From the NCBI GenBank assembly GCA_044376115.1, contig JBILLK010000009.1, forward strand, positions 160,001-224,000: a stretch of 64,000 nucleotides of DNA. Reading direction: 5' to 3'. The notes under the pieces are model-generated. The model was not told where the DNA came from, searched no databases, and saw only the letters and a program-made list of their open reading frames with translations. Position numbers and translations under genes: made by a program. The stretch is from Polyangiaceae bacterium. Lineage in GTDB: Bacteria; Myxococcota_A; Polyangia; Polyangiales; Polyangiaceae. Below, piece by piece: positions 40,112-49,356 of the stretch (positions within the stretch are counted from its first letter, which is position 1; each line of letters begins with the position of its first letter).

Positions 40112-42301
40112 ATGTTAAAGCGCGGTGTTCGGGTCAGCTTCTGGGGTGGAGTTGTCGGGCTGGCGGCGCTTTCGGCGGGGTGCACCCCGGCCAACCCATC
40201 GGGAGAGGCCGTGCGCGCAGCGCCCGCTCCCAAACGTGCCGACGCAGTTCGTCTGGAGAGTTCCTGCGCCCGCGTAGCTCCGGGCCGAGGACCTGTGCGT
40301 GAAGGCACAGTGCGACAAGGCTCGACCGTCGCTCTAGCGCGTGAGCCCGAGCGTCTCTTGGCCTACGTCGCCGACCGAGATCGTAACCAGATCAGCGTCG
40401 TGGACGTGACCCACAACGCTCTCGTTCAAACCATCCCAGCCTCAGGGGCGCCCGAGCAGCTGCTCGTCCTCGCCGACGGTAGGGTGGTGGCCAGCATCGC
40501 GGACGGAGCTCACATCGAAGTGTTTGAGCCAACCGGAGACGCCGAGCGAGTGCTCGAGTCGCGCTGCGCACGAACGTTGCCTGCAGGGCCTTTCGGGTTG
40601 GCGCTCTCGCCCGATGAAGAAACGCTGGTCGTGACCAGCGCATGGGAAGCCGCACTTTCATCGCTCGACGCGAAGGACCTTTCGCTTCGCGGTGCGCAGA
40701 GCCTGCCACGCTCCCCGCGGGGCGTGCTCGTTGACGAAACCAATCGCGCCTTCGTCAGCCACATCGCGGGGGCTTCGCTATCGGTCGTTGAGTTGTCCAA
40801 ACTCGAGCAAGCGCCGCGCAAGATCGACTTGCGCGTCAAGGCTGCGTCGCTGCGCGGTGAGAACCTCGATCTCGACGTGCTCCGCGGCGGCGTGCAGGGG
40901 TACGCCTTGGCCGGTGTTGAAGTTGCTCCGACGTTGCTCGAGCCAGGTGGTGCGCTGAAGAACGACGCTGGTGGTATCGCAGGCGAGCGCCCGCGCCCGT
41001 TGGCCGGCAAGGCTCCCGTCGCTCCCAAAGCTGCACCTACTCCGCAGCCTCCCGTGAGCGCCAATGCTCCCAAGGCGCCGGCTCAACCCGATGGGCCCAA
41101 GACGCCGATGATCGGCGTGACGCCGCCCGGGCCCGATCCGATTCCGACGCCAGCACCTCGTCCCGCGCAGGCGAAGTCGGCGATGCGCTTGATCGTGCCG
41201 ATGGTCAGCTTGGACCCGGGTGATCGCAACCGGCCGACGCAAATGTACTACGGCCCACCGCCCACCGCCGGCGTGCCCAAGGAGGCACCCATCGCTGTGG
41301 TCGTCGACGCCAAGTCCGAAAAGTCGATGAGCTCGCACGTGCTCGCTCCAACGGCCAACTTGCGCGGGGAGGAGTGTCTGCTTCCGCGCGCGGTGGCTTA
41401 TCGCAAGGACGCGCAGCAGTTGCTCGTCACGTGTATGGGCATCGATCAGATGTTGGTGCTCGATGCTCGCGCCGCGGATCCGATGAGGGCGATCGTCGAA
41501 CGGCATCATGTACCGGCCGGACCAACCGGCGTTGCGATCGCCGAGACTGAGCGCGTGGCGGTGACCTTCGGCCAGTTCGACGCATCGCTCGCGGTCGTTT
41601 CGCTCGATGGTAAGGGCTCGCGAACCATCCCGATCGATGTTGGTGCCTCGTCCATCTCGCCGACGGACGCAGATGGCCGTCGCCTCTTCTACTTGAGCAA
41701 CGACACCCGCCTAACGTCGGACGGCGTTGCATGTGCCAGCTGCCATCCGGATGGTGGAGATGACGGCGTGTCGTGGTCGACTCCGGAGGGCATGCGGCAA
41801 ACGCTGATGCTCGCGGGCCGTGTGCAGGGTACCGCGCCCTACGGTTGGTCGCGAAAGCAGGGCACGCTCGCTACGTACATCAACGATACCTCGCGACGGC
41901 TCGGGGGCAGTGGGTTGCCCAAAAACGAGCTCGACGCACTTGCTGCTTTCGTGAAGCACCTGCCCGGCCCGCCGCGACGCGAGGCGAATTCGGCGCTCGT
42001 TGACGAAGGCCGTGAGGTCTTCTTCTCCTCAGGCTGTGACGGCTGTCACGTTGCAGCGGTTGGCACCGACGCTCGCTCCTACGAGTTCTCCGCCGATGAG
42101 CCGTCGCCCTACTCGAGTTTGCGCGAGGGCTTCGACACCCCGTCGCTGCTCAATGTTCGTGCGACTGGACCGTACTTCCATGATGGTCGCTACCCGACGC
42201 TGGAGGCGCTGTTGGCCGATCCGAGCAGCCAGATGGGCAACACCTCGCGGCTTTCGCCGCAGGAGCAAGCGTCGCTCAAAGCCTTCCTCGAATCGCTGTG
42301 A
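40112..42301 (+). CDS. Lipoprotein: YVTN/YncE-like beta-propeller fused to a di-heme cytochrome c peroxidase (CCP/MauG)-like domain, copy 1
   Basis: GGAGG SD, lipobox LSAGC, propeller repeats (AYVAD, PEQLLV..DG, PFGLALSPD, PTGVAI), CASCH at 41732, CDGCH at 42035, FDTPSL.NV..TGPYFHDG. Confidence 0.85.
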   Translation: MLKRGVRVSFWGGVVGLAALSAGCTPANPSGEAVRAAPAPKRADAVRLESSCARVAPGRGPVREGTVRQGSTVALAREPERLLAYVADRDRNQISVVDVTHNALVQTIPASGAPEQLLVLADGRVVASIADGAHIEVFEPTGDAERVLESRCARTLPAGPFGLALSPDEETLVVTSAWEAALSSLDAKDLSLRGAQSLPRSPRGVLVDETNRAFVSHIAGASLSVVELSKLEQAPRKIDLRVKAASLRGENLDLDVLRGGVQGYALAGVEVAPTLLEPGGALKNDAGGIAGERPRPLAGKAPVAPKAAPTPQPPVSANAPKAPAQPDGPKTPMIGVTPPGPDPIPTPAPRPAQAKSAMRLIVPMVSLDPGDRNRPTQMYYGPPPTAGVPKEAPIAVVVDAKSEKSMSSHVLAPTANLRGEECLLPRAVAYRKDAQQLLVTCMGIDQMLVLDARAADPMRAIVERHHVPAGPTGVAIAETERVAVTFGQFDASLAVVSLDGKGSRTIPIDVGASSISPTDADGRRLFYLSNDTRLTSDGVACASCHPDGGDDGVSWSTPEGMRQTLMLAGRVQGTAPYGWSRKQGTLATYINDTSRRLGGSGLPKNELDALAAFVKHLPGPPRREANSALVDEGREVFFSSGCDGCHVAAVGTDARSYEFSADEPSPYSSLREGFDTPSLLNVRATGPYFHDGRYPTLEALLADPSSQMGNTSRLSPQEQASLKAFLESL

Positions 42302-43182
42302 GCTTTCGACCTTGGGCGTGGCTCACCTGCGCGAGCGTCATCGCTTGCGGCCCTGGCTTCACCTTTGAACAGCCGATCTACAACGAGGCTGCGACCAAAG
42401 CGCCGGTGCCTATCGTAGGCGAGCGTCGCCCAAGCGAACGGCGGCGCGACTTTAACTACGCCGCGCTGCCGCTGTTGCGGCAGGAGGTCGGCTTGGCAGC
42501 CGATGTGAAGGTGCATCTCGGTGCCTCGCTCCGCGCGGAACGGGGGATGACAGCGCTGGTCACGCAAGGAGAAAAGCGCAGTTTTACCGAGGCCCCTTGG
42601 TCGGCAGGCGCCCCCGCCTCCTATGCGCCGCCGGTGACTTGTCCGTCTTCCGGCGAGAGCCCCAAGGCCTCATGGTTTGCGCTCGACCCACGAAAGAAGG
42701 CCGCGCGGAGCTGGTTCATGCTCGAACTCGAAGGGCGATTGGTCGCTGAGGACTGCTCAACCCAAACCGAGAAGATCTCCACTGTGACGGCCGCCGCGCT
42801 GGTCGACGATGTGCTCTATGGCTATCGACGTTGCGCTGCGCCGGACTGCAGCACTGAGGAGCTGGTGCTGATTGGGCCTGGGCTGCAATGGGTTTCGTCC
42901 ACGGCTCCAACGGTTGACGGACAGACCAAACCGCCAGTCGGTGTCTTCTCCCGCTTAGTCGTGCCCGTTCGTCCTTCGCAAGCGGCTTCGGTTTTGTTGC
43001 ATGTCGACCGTGTGGTGCTGCAGCGCTGGGCCGCGGCAGAGATGGTGGAGCAGCTCGAAAGGGAGCTCGGCGCTTGGCCAGACAACACCGCGCTGCAACT
43101 TACCGTGGACGTGGTTTGGCTGGCGGCTGAGCCACACGCGACCGGGAGTCTATCGCTCGGCGTGGTCGATCCGCGGCCTTAA
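42298..43182 (+). CDS. Partner lipoprotein of unknown function, copy 1
   Basis: GTGA overlap with the upstream stop, lipobox VIAC, shares LV..VLYGYRRC...C and FS...VPV motifs with copies 2 and 3. Confidence 0.75.
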   Translation: MSFRPWAWLTCASVIACGPGFTFEQPIYNEAATKAPVPIVGERRPSERRRDFNYAALPLLRQEVGLAADVKVHLGASLRAERGMTALVTQGEKRSFTEAPWSAGAPASYAPPVTCPSSGESPKASWFALDPRKKAARSWFMLELEGRLVAEDCSTQTEKISTVTAAALVDDVLYGYRRCAAPDCSTEELVLIGPGLQWVSSTAPTVDGQTKPPVGVFSRLVVPVRPSQAASVLLHVDRVVLQRWAAAEMVEQLERELGAWPDNTALQLTVDVVWLAAEPHATGSLSLGVVDPRP

Positions 43183-43293
43183 CGCTGGGGCTTGCATCTT
43201 CCGCGCGTTGTTCGGGAACCGACGGCGGGGAGCGTTGTCAGTTCGCGAGCTCGATCGACGGGCAACGCTGGGCCGCGCAAGCCGAGGTGCCGC

Positions 43294-45309
43294 ATGGTTT
43301 CGATTTGTTCTGCGCGACAGCTTCGCTGGCCGCTCTTTCTTTTGCTCGCGGCCTGCAGTGGAACTGCGCCACTGGCTTCGCGACCAGCCGAGGAACGCTC
43401 CTCCCCCGAATCGGCGCTGCCGTCTTTCGCGAGCGCGCACCCAAAGCCGCCGGCGTGTGGCGCGCTTCGCGCTGTCGGTGCAGCAGGCTTGTCACGACAG
43501 AGCAGCTCGGTCGCCCTTACCCGCGAGAGTGATTCGCTGCTCGCCTACGTCGCCGATCCCGATGCACTTCGGATCGAGGTGATCGATGTACGCGCGCGTA
43601 AGCTGGTGGCTTCGACGAGCACCTCTGGACCGGTGGAGCAATTGCTGGTGCTGCCCTCGGGGCATCTGCTCGCTAGCATCTCGAACAGCAGCTACCTCGA
43701 GGTCTTCGCGCCCAAGAGCGACAAATCGCACCGCCTAGCGCTCGAGAGTGAGTGCGCGGTCGACGTTCCGAGCGGGCCTTTCGCGATGGCGCTTCGTGAC
43801 GACGGTCGACGTGTTGCGGTCACTGGGCTCGTGGCCGGCTCGCTCACCTTTCTTCGCAGCGAGGACCTGGCGATCGAATCGGCTACCGCGCTTCCTCGAG
43901 CGCCGGCAGGCGTCGCCTTCGTCGGCTCTCGTGCCTACGTCTCTCATCTCGTCGGATCGACGGTATCGATCGTCGACTCGGAGACGCCTCAGGCGATCGC
44001 GCGAACGGTACCGACGCGATTGACGACGGAGCGTGACTACACGTCCTTTGGAGCGAAAGCCGACCCAAGTTTGCCGGTTCATCGCGAGGGTAATCAGGCC
44101 TTCAGTTTGATCGCCGTCGATAGCGCCGTGCTGCCGACGGGCGAGGCACAGAGTCTCCGCGGGGCAGCACCTCGCGCGCAGCTCCCATCACGCAGCACTC
44201 AATCGAAGGGAGCGAAGTCGCGGGTGGTGGTGCCGATGATCAGCGTCGATGCAGGCGACCCAACGCGGCCCACCGAACACTATTACGGTCCGCCTCCGAC
44301 CTTCGGGGTGCCGAAGCAGGCGCCCACCGGCTTCGTGATCGACACCAAATCTGAGAAGGGCCTCTCGCGATCGCTCGTGGCGGCGCCGGCCAATTTCTCG
44401 GGTGCACCGTGCTATTCGCCGCGCAGCGTGGCCTACGACGGGTTGACGCAGAGCCTGTATGTGACCTGCCTGGGAGCACACACGCTCTTGGAATTGGACG
44501 CCACTTCCGCCGATCCGATGCGTGAGGTGAAGCGCAGCTTCAAGACCTCACGAGGTCCGACTGGCGTAGCCATTGCGTCGGAGGAGGGACTGGCCGTGGT
44601 GAGCGGCCGCTTTGATGGCCGGGTCAGCATCATCGATCTGGCGACCGGCGACGCCGATGTTGTGGACCCAGCGATGCCGCTCAGCGAGCTGGCCGCAGCA
44701 ACGCATGATGGTCGCGATCTGTTCTTTCGAGCGGGCGATCGGCAGATCGCGTTCGACGGTCTTGCGTGTGCGAGCTGTCATCTCGAGGGGGCCGAGGACG
44801 GCCTGACCTGGTCCACTCCGATCGGCTCGCGACAGACCCTGATGTTGTCGGGGCGCATCGTAAACTCGGCTCCTTACGGCTGGACGCGCAAAGACGAAGA
44901 GCTCGAGGCCTACGTGACCGGGACGATGTCGCGGCTCGGCGGTGAAGGCCTTCCGAGCACCGAACTCAGCTCGCTGCTCGCCTACGTTGCCGCCATTCCG
45001 AGCCTGCCCCAGCCCACGCGCGACCCAGCGTTGTTCGCCGAAGGTGAGGCCGTGTTCGCAGCCAAAGGCTGTACGAGTTGTCACCCGGGTGGAGAACCAA
45101 GCGGCTCCAAGCTCGGTTTGACCGAGGATACGGTCGTATTCGACACACCCTCGTTGCACCGCGTGGGGCTCTCGGCGCCGTATTACCATGATGGGCGCTA
45201 CCCTGATTTGCGCGCGCTGCTCAGTGACAAGTCGAGCGCGATGGGTCGCACCGCGGAGCTCAGCTCGCACGAGGTCAACGTACTCGAATCCTATCTTCGG
45301 TCGCTTTGA
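43294..45309 (+). CDS. Beta-propeller/di-heme CCP-like lipoprotein, copy 2
   Basis: GAGGTG SD before ATG 43294, lipobox LLAAC, CASCH at 44767, CTSCH at 45070, FDTPSL..V...APYYHDG. Colinear with copy 1. Confidence 0.85.
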   Translation: MVSICSARQLRWPLFLLLAACSGTAPLASRPAEERSSPESALPSFASAHPKPPACGALRAVGAAGLSRQSSSVALTRESDSLLAYVADPDALRIEVIDVRARKLVASTSTSGPVEQLLVLPSGHLLASISNSSYLEVFAPKSDKSHRLALESECAVDVPSGPFAMALRDDGRRVAVTGLVAGSLTFLRSEDLAIESATALPRAPAGVAFVGSRAYVSHLVGSTVSIVDSETPQAIARTVPTRLTTERDYTSFGAKADPSLPVHREGNQAFSLIAVDSAVLPTGEAQSLRGAAPRAQLPSRSTQSKGAKSRVVVPMISVDAGDPTRPTEHYYGPPPTFGVPKQAPTGFVIDTKSEKGLSRSLVAAPANFSGAPCYSPRSVAYDGLTQSLYVTCLGAHTLLELDATSADPMREVKRSFKTSRGPTGVAIASEEGLAVVSGRFDGRVSIIDLATGDADVVDPAMPLSELAAATHDGRDLFFRAGDRQIAFDGLACASCHLEGAEDGLTWSTPIGSRQTLMLSGRIVNSAPYGWTRKDEELEAYVTGTMSRLGGEGLPSTELSSLLAYVAAIPSLPQPTRDPALFAEGEAVFAAKGCTSCHPGGEPSGSKLGLTEDTVVFDTPSLHRVGLSAPYYHDGRYPDLRALLSDKSSAMGRTAELSSHEVNVLESYLRSL

Positions 45310-46262
45310 CGATGGGGACGCGGATGTCGCTTCGTCGGCTAGCGAACTGCGTTGCAACCTGCGTCTTTCTCGGCGCTTGCGCTGCTCAACCAACCAGCGT
45401 TGAGCCGGTGGTCTCGTGGGAGGAGGCCGTGCCGCTCGAGGCCTCAAAGCCTGCAGGCCGGTCGAAGCTTGCTGACCTCTCGACCCCAGTCGACGGCGAA
45501 GCCTTCTTGCATCTCTTGCACGTGAGCTACAGCCCTTGGGTCACCATCCCACAACTCGGCATGCTCTCGAGTCGTGTTCAACGCAATGGCGCGCTGGCCG
45601 ACGCGCGGACGCTCTTCCAGCACGCGTCGACCTACGTCTGGGGCCAAGGTCGGTCTTTCTTACCGCCCGCGTGTGCTGCCGAGCAGGCCGCAGTCTCTTG
45701 GTACGTCCTGCAGATGGGAGCGCCCCGCGAGCCTGCGCAGATCACCGCGAATTCCGGCTTGATCCAGAGCTGCCGAGTCGAGCCGTTGCGATCCGCGAAG
45801 AGCCCGTTGGCCGAGCTCGTCGCTGGGCTGGTGTTGGGGTACCGCACGTGCGACGCCGTCCATTGTGAACCTGGCCTGCGGGTTCCAGGTGCTCTGCGGC
45901 TGCTGACGCCACGCGCGCAATGGTCGCGGGTGGGCAAGCAGCGCCACGCAACCGACGACGACGCGTTGCAGCCTTTCTCGATCGTGGATGTCCCTGTCGT
46001 TCGCGGCGAAACCTCGGCGGCGGTGATCACGCTGACGAGCGAACAGATCGCTCGCTGGCGCACGCTTCGGGGTGAATCCCAACTCGATGCGGACCAAATG
46101 CTTTTGGGACCCATGCCGTCGCTGCTGGTGCGGGTCGAAGTGGAATGGCTCGAGAGCGAGGAGGTGCCCACCGTACGAACCTCCGTCAGCGCTTACGGAG
46201 AACCCGGCCGCGCGATCGCCAAATGGCTTGGACTCGGGACGACCAAGGGTAAGTCGAAGTGA
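45306..46262 (+). CDS. Partner lipoprotein of unknown function, copy 2 (start may be ATG 45312 or 45324)
   Basis: TTGA overlap, lipobox LGAC, LVAGLVLGYRTCDAVHC, PFSIVDVPV. Confidence 0.75.
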   Translation: MTMGTRMSLRRLANCVATCVFLGACAAQPTSVEPVVSWEEAVPLEASKPAGRSKLADLSTPVDGEAFLHLLHVSYSPWVTIPQLGMLSSRVQRNGALADARTLFQHASTYVWGQGRSFLPPACAAEQAAVSWYVLQMGAPREPAQITANSGLIQSCRVEPLRSAKSPLAELVAGLVLGYRTCDAVHCEPGLRVPGALRLLTPRAQWSRVGKQRHATDDDALQPFSIVDVPVVRGETSAAVITLTSEQIARWRTLRGESQLDADQMLLGPMPSLLVRVEVEWLESEEVPTVRTSVSAYGEPGRAIAKWLGLGTTKGKSK

Positions 46263-48307
46263 AGAAAGAAGCCTCTTTCGCCCGTTTCATGCGCCTTTCG
46301 ATCGCCGCTGCTGCGATCACGGCATCCGCCTGCGGCGCTCAAGCCCCAACCCAAGAGGCGCCATCGCCGCCAGCCGAACGCCGCGCCAGCGCGGCTGACG
46401 ATCTCTTCAACGCCTCCTGCGTCACCATGGAGCCACGCAGCGCACTCGCACCGAGCTCACGCTCGCGACAAGGCTCGACGGTCGCGCTCGCGAAGCGCGC
46501 TAACAAGCTACTGGCACTGCTGGCCGACAAGGATCGCAAGACGCTTTGGGTGGTGGACGTGGACACGCAAACGCTCGCAGAGTCGGTGCGATTCGAGCGT
46601 GAGCCGGAGCAGGTGTTGGTGCTCGAGGACGGCCGCGTGGTGGTCTCCCTGGTTGGCGGCTCGGAGTTGCAGATCTTGGGGGCCGGGCAGGGGGAAGGGT
46701 TACGCCCCCTGTGCGCGCGTGCGACTCCGGCCGGCCCGTTTGGCTTGGCGGTCTCGCCCGATGGCGCATCGGTGGTGGTTACGAATGGCTACGCTGCGCA
46801 AGCCACGGTGTTCCGCGCGAGGGACTTTGCTGTGCAAGCCCGAGTCCCGCTGCCTCGTTCGCCGCGGGGCGTGCTGGTGCTTGGTGAGACGGCGTATGTC
46901 ACCCATCTCTCGGGCGCCAAGGTCTCGTACTTCTCGCTCGCCAATCCCGACGCTGGTGCGCAGACGATTTCAACGGTGCAAAAAACAGCGGCGAATCTCG
47001 GTGAGGTGGAGGACTTCCTCTCGCCGCGAACGGCCTCGCAGGCCTACTCCTTGGTGTCGGTCGAGCTCGCTGTAAAGGACGTTGCTCGCGACGGTGCCCC
47101 GCGCGCGGCTGGCGAAGGTTCGCGGTTGAAAGGAACCGCCGTCCCCTCGGCTCCACGTCCGCTTCCGCTCCCGCTCCCGAGCCCGGCTGCGGAAGTCGAA
47201 TCCAAGTTGGTCGTGCCGATGGTGAGCGTCGACCCGGGTACGAGGCTCGGTCGCTTCGAGAATTACTACGGTCCACCACCGATAGCCGGCGTAAAGAAGC
47301 ACGCGCCGACCGTCGCGACGATCGACCCGACGAGCAACACGCACCTCTCTCCAACCTTGGTGGCAGCCGGACCACGTGCGCCGCTGCATCCGTGTCAGCT
47401 GCCGCGCGCCTCGCTGTTTGAGCCGCGCAGCGGTCACTTGTTCGTGGCGTGCATGGGCAGCGACGAGGTGATCGAGCTGGAGGGCTCGCGGCTCGATCCG
47501 ATGGCCGCGACGGTGCGACGCTTCTCGGTCCCGCAGGGGCCAACTGGCCTCGCGCTCGACGAGCAAAGCGGTCTCTTGGCGGTGTTCAGTCAGTTCGATA
47601 CCGGGCTCACGTTGATCGACCTCAAGAGCGGAGCTATGCACGCTGTTGCGCTTGAGCTGCCGGCATCGGGGCTCGCGCCGAAGGTCCAACTTGGTCGCGA
47701 GGTGTTTCACCGCACCAACGACGGTCGCATCACCGGGGACGGTATCGCTTGCGCGAGCTGTCACGCAGAGGGTGGTGACGATCAGGTGGTTTGGCAAACT
47801 CCGGAAGGGCCGCGTCAAACCATCTCCCTCGCTGGGCGCTTGCGAGCGGGAACTGCGCCCTACGGTTGGACACGCGGCGATTTGGGACTGAGCGACTACA
47901 TCAAATCGACCTGCTCGCGATTGGGCGGCTCGGGTCTACCCGAGCGCGAGCTTGAAGCTCTCGTGGCCTACGCCGTGTCGTTGCCACCGCCACCGCTCGA
48001 TGCGGTGGATGAAGCGGAGCGTGCGCACGGTAAGGCGGTTTTCTTCGCTCGCGGCTGCGCGAGTTGCCACCAAAAAGGGACTTCCACCGACCAGCACGGC
48101 CACTTCTTTGATAGCCCCAGCGAGCGAGAACTTGCGCGTGACACGCCCACGCTCGTGCGGGTGAGTCAGACGGCTCCGTACTACCACGATGGTCGCTACG
48201 CCACGCTCGAGGAGCTGCTGGCCGACCCTTCCAATCCCATGGGCGAGACCCGTCTCCTAGGGGCGGAGGAGCGGCGCTCGTTGCTTGTCTACCTGAGATC
48301 GCTTTGA
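46259..48307 (+). CDS. Beta-propeller/di-heme CCP-like lipoprotein, copy 3
   Basis: GTGA overlap, lipobox ASAC, CASCH at 47750 and 48056, DTPTL..V..TAPYYHDG. Confidence 0.85.
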   Translation: MKKEASFARFMRLSIAAAAITASACGAQAPTQEAPSPPAERRASAADDLFNASCVTMEPRSALAPSSRSRQGSTVALAKRANKLLALLADKDRKTLWVVDVDTQTLAESVRFEREPEQVLVLEDGRVVVSLVGGSELQILGAGQGEGLRPLCARATPAGPFGLAVSPDGASVVVTNGYAAQATVFRARDFAVQARVPLPRSPRGVLVLGETAYVTHLSGAKVSYFSLANPDAGAQTISTVQKTAANLGEVEDFLSPRTASQAYSLVSVELAVKDVARDGAPRAAGEGSRLKGTAVPSAPRPLPLPLPSPAAEVESKLVVPMVSVDPGTRLGRFENYYGPPPIAGVKKHAPTVATIDPTSNTHLSPTLVAAGPRAPLHPCQLPRASLFEPRSGHLFVACMGSDEVIELEGSRLDPMAATVRRFSVPQGPTGLALDEQSGLLAVFSQFDTGLTLIDLKSGAMHAVALELPASGLAPKVQLGREVFHRTNDGRITGDGIACASCHAEGGDDQVVWQTPEGPRQTISLAGRLRAGTAPYGWTRGDLGLSDYIKSTCSRLGGSGLPERELEALVAYAVSLPPPPLDAVDEAERAHGKAVFFARGCASCHQKGTSTDQHGHFFDSPSERELARDTPTLVRVSQTAPYYHDGRYATLEELLADPSNPMGETRLLGAEERRSLLVYLRSL

Positions 48308-49353
48308 AGAGCGTCCTCGGCCTGCTTCTGTTGTGCGGCTGCGCGACTCAGCAAGGTGGTGCCTCTCAGTGGCCGCCCGCCGTGCTGGCTTCAGGCGTCG
48401 ACGCGAACGAGGCTGCAATCGATTCGTCGCCCGCCAACGAAGAGCCGCACGTTCGTCGTGCTGCGCCACGCCAACCCTTGTTGGAGACGCCTCCGCCCGA
48501 GCACCTTGGCTCTGTGCGCATCGACCTCCAACGTTTGCCCTTGGCTCCTCCAGAGCAGGCTGCACGCGGTGAGTCGGTTGCGCTGAACGTCGACCTCTCT
48601 GACGTGAGCATCGCGGTGGCGAGCGGGCTCGTGGTTGAGGTGCAACTGGGAGACGTGAGCGTGTTCAGCCAGTCCACCTCCCCGATGATTCACGGGCCAG
48701 CCAGCGGCTCCCAACGCCCGCTCAAAACGCGTTGCTCAGAGCTCGGCGATGGCGACGCGCGTTGGCGCGGCTTTGTCGCTGCCGATGTTACGGCTGAGAC
48801 GATGCCCTTCGTTGAGTTCGCAGGTCGCTACGAGGCCAAGCGTTGCCGGGCGGTGGCCACGCGTCGACGCGCGGTGACAGCGACTGCCATCGTACCCGGG
48901 GCGATCTACGCCTTTCGTGTGTGCGACCATTATTGTGAAGCCAACGCGCTGGCACCGGCTGAGGAGCGCGTAATCGTGATTGCGCCGCCGAGCCCCTTCT
49001 TCCTCGAGTCGGCGGCGAACGCGCGCGATCTTTCTCGTCCGCACGTCGGCAGCTTCAGCATCGGCGAAATTCCGATCAAGGTGGGCTCGGCAAACTCGCT
49101 CTCACTTTCACTGCCCGTCTCGGCGTTCGATGCTTCGGGCCTCGCCGAGGCCGAGCGCATGGTGGGGGCCGAGCGTGTGAAGGTCGATCTGGAGGCATCG
49201 CGGCCGAGCGCGCGGCGGCCCGCTGAAATGCGACTTCACCTCGCGGTCGTGAAGGCGGAGACAAAAATCGAAACCACCGTCGAAGCGCGCTCGGCCGGGA
49301 CCGAGCTCGCTCCAACGGTGGTTCGCCGATTGCGTCGTCCAGGTTCGGACTGA
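48304..49353 (+). CDS. Partner lipoprotein of unknown function, copy 3
   Basis: TTGA overlap, lipobox LCGC, IVPGAIYAFRVCDHYC, SFSIGEIPI. Confidence 0.75.
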   Translation: MKSVLGLLLLCGCATQQGGASQWPPAVLASGVDANEAAIDSSPANEEPHVRRAAPRQPLLETPPPEHLGSVRIDLQRLPLAPPEQAARGESVALNVDLSDVSIAVASGLVVEVQLGDVSVFSQSTSPMIHGPASGSQRPLKTRCSELGDGDARWRGFVAADVTAETMPFVEFAGRYEAKRCRAVATRRRAVTATAIVPGAIYAFRVCDHYCEANALAPAEERVIVIAPPSPFFLESAANARDLSRPHVGSFSIGEIPIKVGSANSLSLSLPVSAFDASGLAEAERMVGAERVKVDLEASRPSARRPAEMRLHLAVVKAETKIETTVEARSAGTELAPTVVRRLRRPGSD

Positions 49354-49356
49354 GCG

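Noticed and set aside
40112..48307. Calling the propeller-cytochrome proteins nitrite reductase cd1, hydrazine synthase or MauG
   Set aside because: Domain order and heme count differ from NirS, there are no nir, hzsA or mau genes nearby, and a Met rather than Tyr appears near heme 2. The resemblance is architectural only.
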